A stretch of DNA of 64,000 nucleotides, taken from NCBI GenBank assembly GCA_026770705.1, contig JANJGN010000038.1:11532001-11596000 (forward strand), in the 5' to 3' direction. This stretch comes from Isurus oxyrinchus (Eukaryota). The position numbers and the translations under genes are program-made. Under the pieces are notes generated by a model. It saw only the letters and a list, made by a program, of their open reading frames with translations. It did no database searches and had not been told where the DNA came from. Shown here piece after piece: positions 60,801 through 64,000 of this stretch; the first letter of the stretch is position 1, and every line of letters begins with the position of its first letter.

Positions 60801-63800
60801 AGTATCGGAGTGCATGTGCTTAAAAGTACAAAGATTGGTCAAAGGGGAATATGATATTCTAACGATAATAGAAATCTGCCACAATATGCGGGGTGATTCA
60901 AAGTTTCATATTCCTGTTTGCAATGCATTTTTGAATCATTCTTTTTAACTCTTTGCAAAGTAAACGTCTCTCATCTTCCCACTGTTCTGCGTCCGATGGA
61001 ACATCCCAGGTAGTGTGGCAGCTCAAGTGCGATTTATCAGCTCCCAGCAGTTGGGTTATGGCTTTGATATGAGGAAGACATTCTTACTAGGACTGCAATA
61101 TTGTCTCCACTCAATACTGATACCACCTTTTCTATTTATCCCTGCAATATGGCCCTAGGTGGCAAGGTCAATCTTTATTGCGAATTGCTAATTTTCTTTA
61201 GAATTTCGTGGTGAGCTGCCTTCTTGAGCCCCTTTCAGTCCATGTGCACTATCTTCATCCATAATACTGCAAGGCAGGAAGTTTCACAGTTTGACCAAGT
61301 GATGAAAAATATTTTCAAGTTTCGAGAGTGAGTGAAATGCAGCTGCTGGTGTTTCCATGTGCCTGTTACCTTTGTTTTTCAAGACAGTAAAACCCGGACT
61401 TTGGAAGGTGCAGTTACAGAATACTGATAACTTGATTTTTTTACCCCATGGGATGTGGGCATCGATCAGAAGGCCATATTTGTTATCAATTTGAGCGCAG
61501 TTAAGAGGCAGACATTTTACTGTGGGTCTGCAGCCACATGTAGGCCAGATCAGGTAAGGACGGCACATTGTCTTTCCTAAAGGACATTCGTGAAGCAGAT
61601 GGGTGTTTGTAACAATCGATGACCGTTTTTTGTGGGCACAGTTACCGAGATGAGCTTGATAATCTAGTCGCATTAAATGAATTAGCAACCATGTTATGAT
61701 TTAAAACAATGTCACAAAGGTATGTGCCTCGGCCTCAGGATCACCCTATCACGCTGCCCCGAATGTTGATGTAGAGGGTTCGACTATCGCAATTACATTA
61801 AATTCCAAGGGGAAGTTGTTTGAAGTCCTCATCCTTGAATTGGTAACATTCTGCTGTATCCTTACTGAATACATTCTGCACACCTGGATCTCTTGATACA
61901 GATTAGAATCAATAGATACTGTTCATTGTCACGGTAAACATATAATACTGCTGAAAAAGACCAGTCCAGAATAGTGGATATTGCTCACAACTGGACCTGC
62001 ACACACTGTATGTAACCGTACTGAAGAGGCAATGTGCACACTAAACCTAACTACGATGATTTTAAGGAGGTCTCATTGCTTGCAATACTGATGATTTGGG
62101 ATTGTTAACATTGAATCTAATGAGGTTGAACTGGAGCAGCCCACGCCAGAAGTAACAGTGTATAACTGAACCAGACCCCTTTGAACACCGGTGTCGCGAA
62201 ATGAGATGTGGACGTTGAGAATTATTGTGCAGACCTGAGTCATTTCACACTCATTATGGACCAGCAGGCCCCATCTCTGTGGAAAACAATCATACATAAA
62301 TTGAGCTTTTCACACTTGAAGGAAACCATGTCGATGAAATCAGTGCGATAGTGAGAGAGGGATATTGGCTTAGAAAATCTAGATGTAGATTCAACCTGGG
62401 TGGAGCTAAGAAGCAACAATGAGTGGAAAAGATCACTTATCTGTAGACCTCCAGACAGCAGTGCCGACATAGGGGACGGCATAAAATAGGAATTTGGACG
62501 TGCATGTAACAAGGGTGCTCCAGAAATCATGGATGACTTTTAACTACATATAGAGTGTGCAAACCAAATTAGCAATTACAATGGCGAATGGATTCCTGTA
62601 GTGTGTACGAAATGTTTTTTTTTTTCAGACTCGTATGTTGAGGAACGGACTGGGGATCAGGCTATCCTAGATTTGGTATAGTGAAATGAGAAGCACTTAA
62701 ATCATAATCTTGTTGTGTTGGGTCCTTCGGGGAACAGTGACCAACATGATAGAATTCTTCATTAGAATGGGAAGTGAAGTAGTCTGGTCTGAAACGAGGG
62801 TGCTAAATCTAACAAAGGAATCGACAAAGGTAGGAGATTTGAGTTGGCTAAGATCGATTGGAGTACTTTATTAAAAGGAAAGATGGTGCGTAGACAACGT
62901 CCAATGATTAACGGAACTGTGCATACATTTCAAAAGTTATACTTTATTTTCTTGCCCAAAAGAACAAGACAGGAAAAACGGCCCCACCATGGGTAACAAA
63001 ATAAATTAAGGATAGCTTTAGACCTAAAGAGAGTTCATGTGAAGATGTTAGAAAAATTAGCAAGCCTGAGGATTGGGAACAGTTTAGAACTCAGCAAAGG
63101 ACGACCAAGAGTTCGAATAAGGGGGGAAAATATTGGATGAGGGTAAACTTGCAAGTAACATAAAAGTGGTCATTAAAAGCATCTATAAATATTTTTTATT
63201 AAAAAACCTCACAGTCTGAAACGGGAGCATTTATAATAGAACAATTACTTTAGCTCTGTCTTCACTTAGGGAGATATAAATAACTTCACAGAAATACGAA
63301 GTAACCTCGGGTCTATTGAGAAGGAAGAAATTCAACGAAATTAATGTTACAAACACAGTTGTGCTGGAGAAAGTAATCGGACTGAAAGCCAATCAATCCC
63401 CAAGGCCTGATAATATACATCTTGGGGTACTAAAGGAGGTGGCCATGTAAATAGTGAGTGTAGTGGTTGTCATCTTCCAAAATTATGTAGATTCTGCAAC
63501 AGTACCGGCAGATTGCAGCGTGTTAATTATAACCCCGCTATTTTAAAAAAAATGAGTGAGGGAGAAAACAACGAATTACAGACCAGTCAGCCGAACCTCA
63601 ATAATAGGGAAAATGCTAGAGTCTATTGTAGAGTATGTGATAACAGGGCACTTGAAAAATATCAATGGGATGAGACAATGTCAACATGTATCCATCAGGG
63701 GAAATCATGTTTAACAAACCTTATGGAGTTTTTAAGGACAAACCTGCAAAAAAGGTAAGGGAGAACCAGTGGCTGTGATGTATTTGGAATATCAGAAAGT

Positions 63801-64000
63801 CTTTGACAAAGACCCACATAAAAGGTTAGCGTGTAAAATTAAAGACAGGAAAGAGAGCAGGAATAAGTGGGTCTTCTTTGGCGTGGCAGGCGGTGACGAG
63901 TGGACTAGCAGGGATCAGTGTTTTGGCCCGAGCTATTTACAATATATATAAATATATGTATATATACGATTTGCATGACGCAACAAAAGGCAAAATTTCC
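54696..64000. repeat. Segmental duplication, copy 2 of ~811-11640 (continues past the window end)
   Basis: Starts gataccagatactgcgtga, as at 811. It includes GPCR exon-2 stubs (54696-54748 and ~56505-56661, minus), the 1.9-kb tandem unit, the LINE fragments and a CR1 copy (62330-64000). Confidence 0.95.
62330..64000 (+). mobile_element. CR1-type LINE, duplicated copy of 10025-11640
   Basis: GKSCLTNLMEF, MYLEYQKVFDKDPHKRL. Confidence 0.9.

Overview
Eukaryotic, repeat-rich genomic DNA, almost certainly from a cartilaginous fish, based on shark-type CR1/L2 LINEs, SINEs and Penelope remnants, two-exon GPR139-like GPCR genes and a shark IgM-type TM exon. Most ORFs in the supplied track are noise; the real genes are spliced or decayed. 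Three gene classes are interleaved. (1) An array of two-exon GPR139/GPR142-like class A GPCR genes in various states of decay; one is intact apart from a single CGA>TGA in the DRF motif. (2) Orphan immunoglobulin heavy-chain transmembrane exons (TM1+TM2, 27702-27985) with no recognisable C-domain exons nearby. (3) Two T-cell receptor alpha/delta-type V segments with leader exons and 23-bp-spacer RSSs, one open and one a pseudogene. Positions ~811-11640 recur at ~54696-64000, which suggests a ~54-kb GPCR/IgH-TM/TCR-V cassette was tandemly duplicated. Coordinates of repeat boundaries are approximate; family assignments come from recognising motifs by eye, not from database searches.
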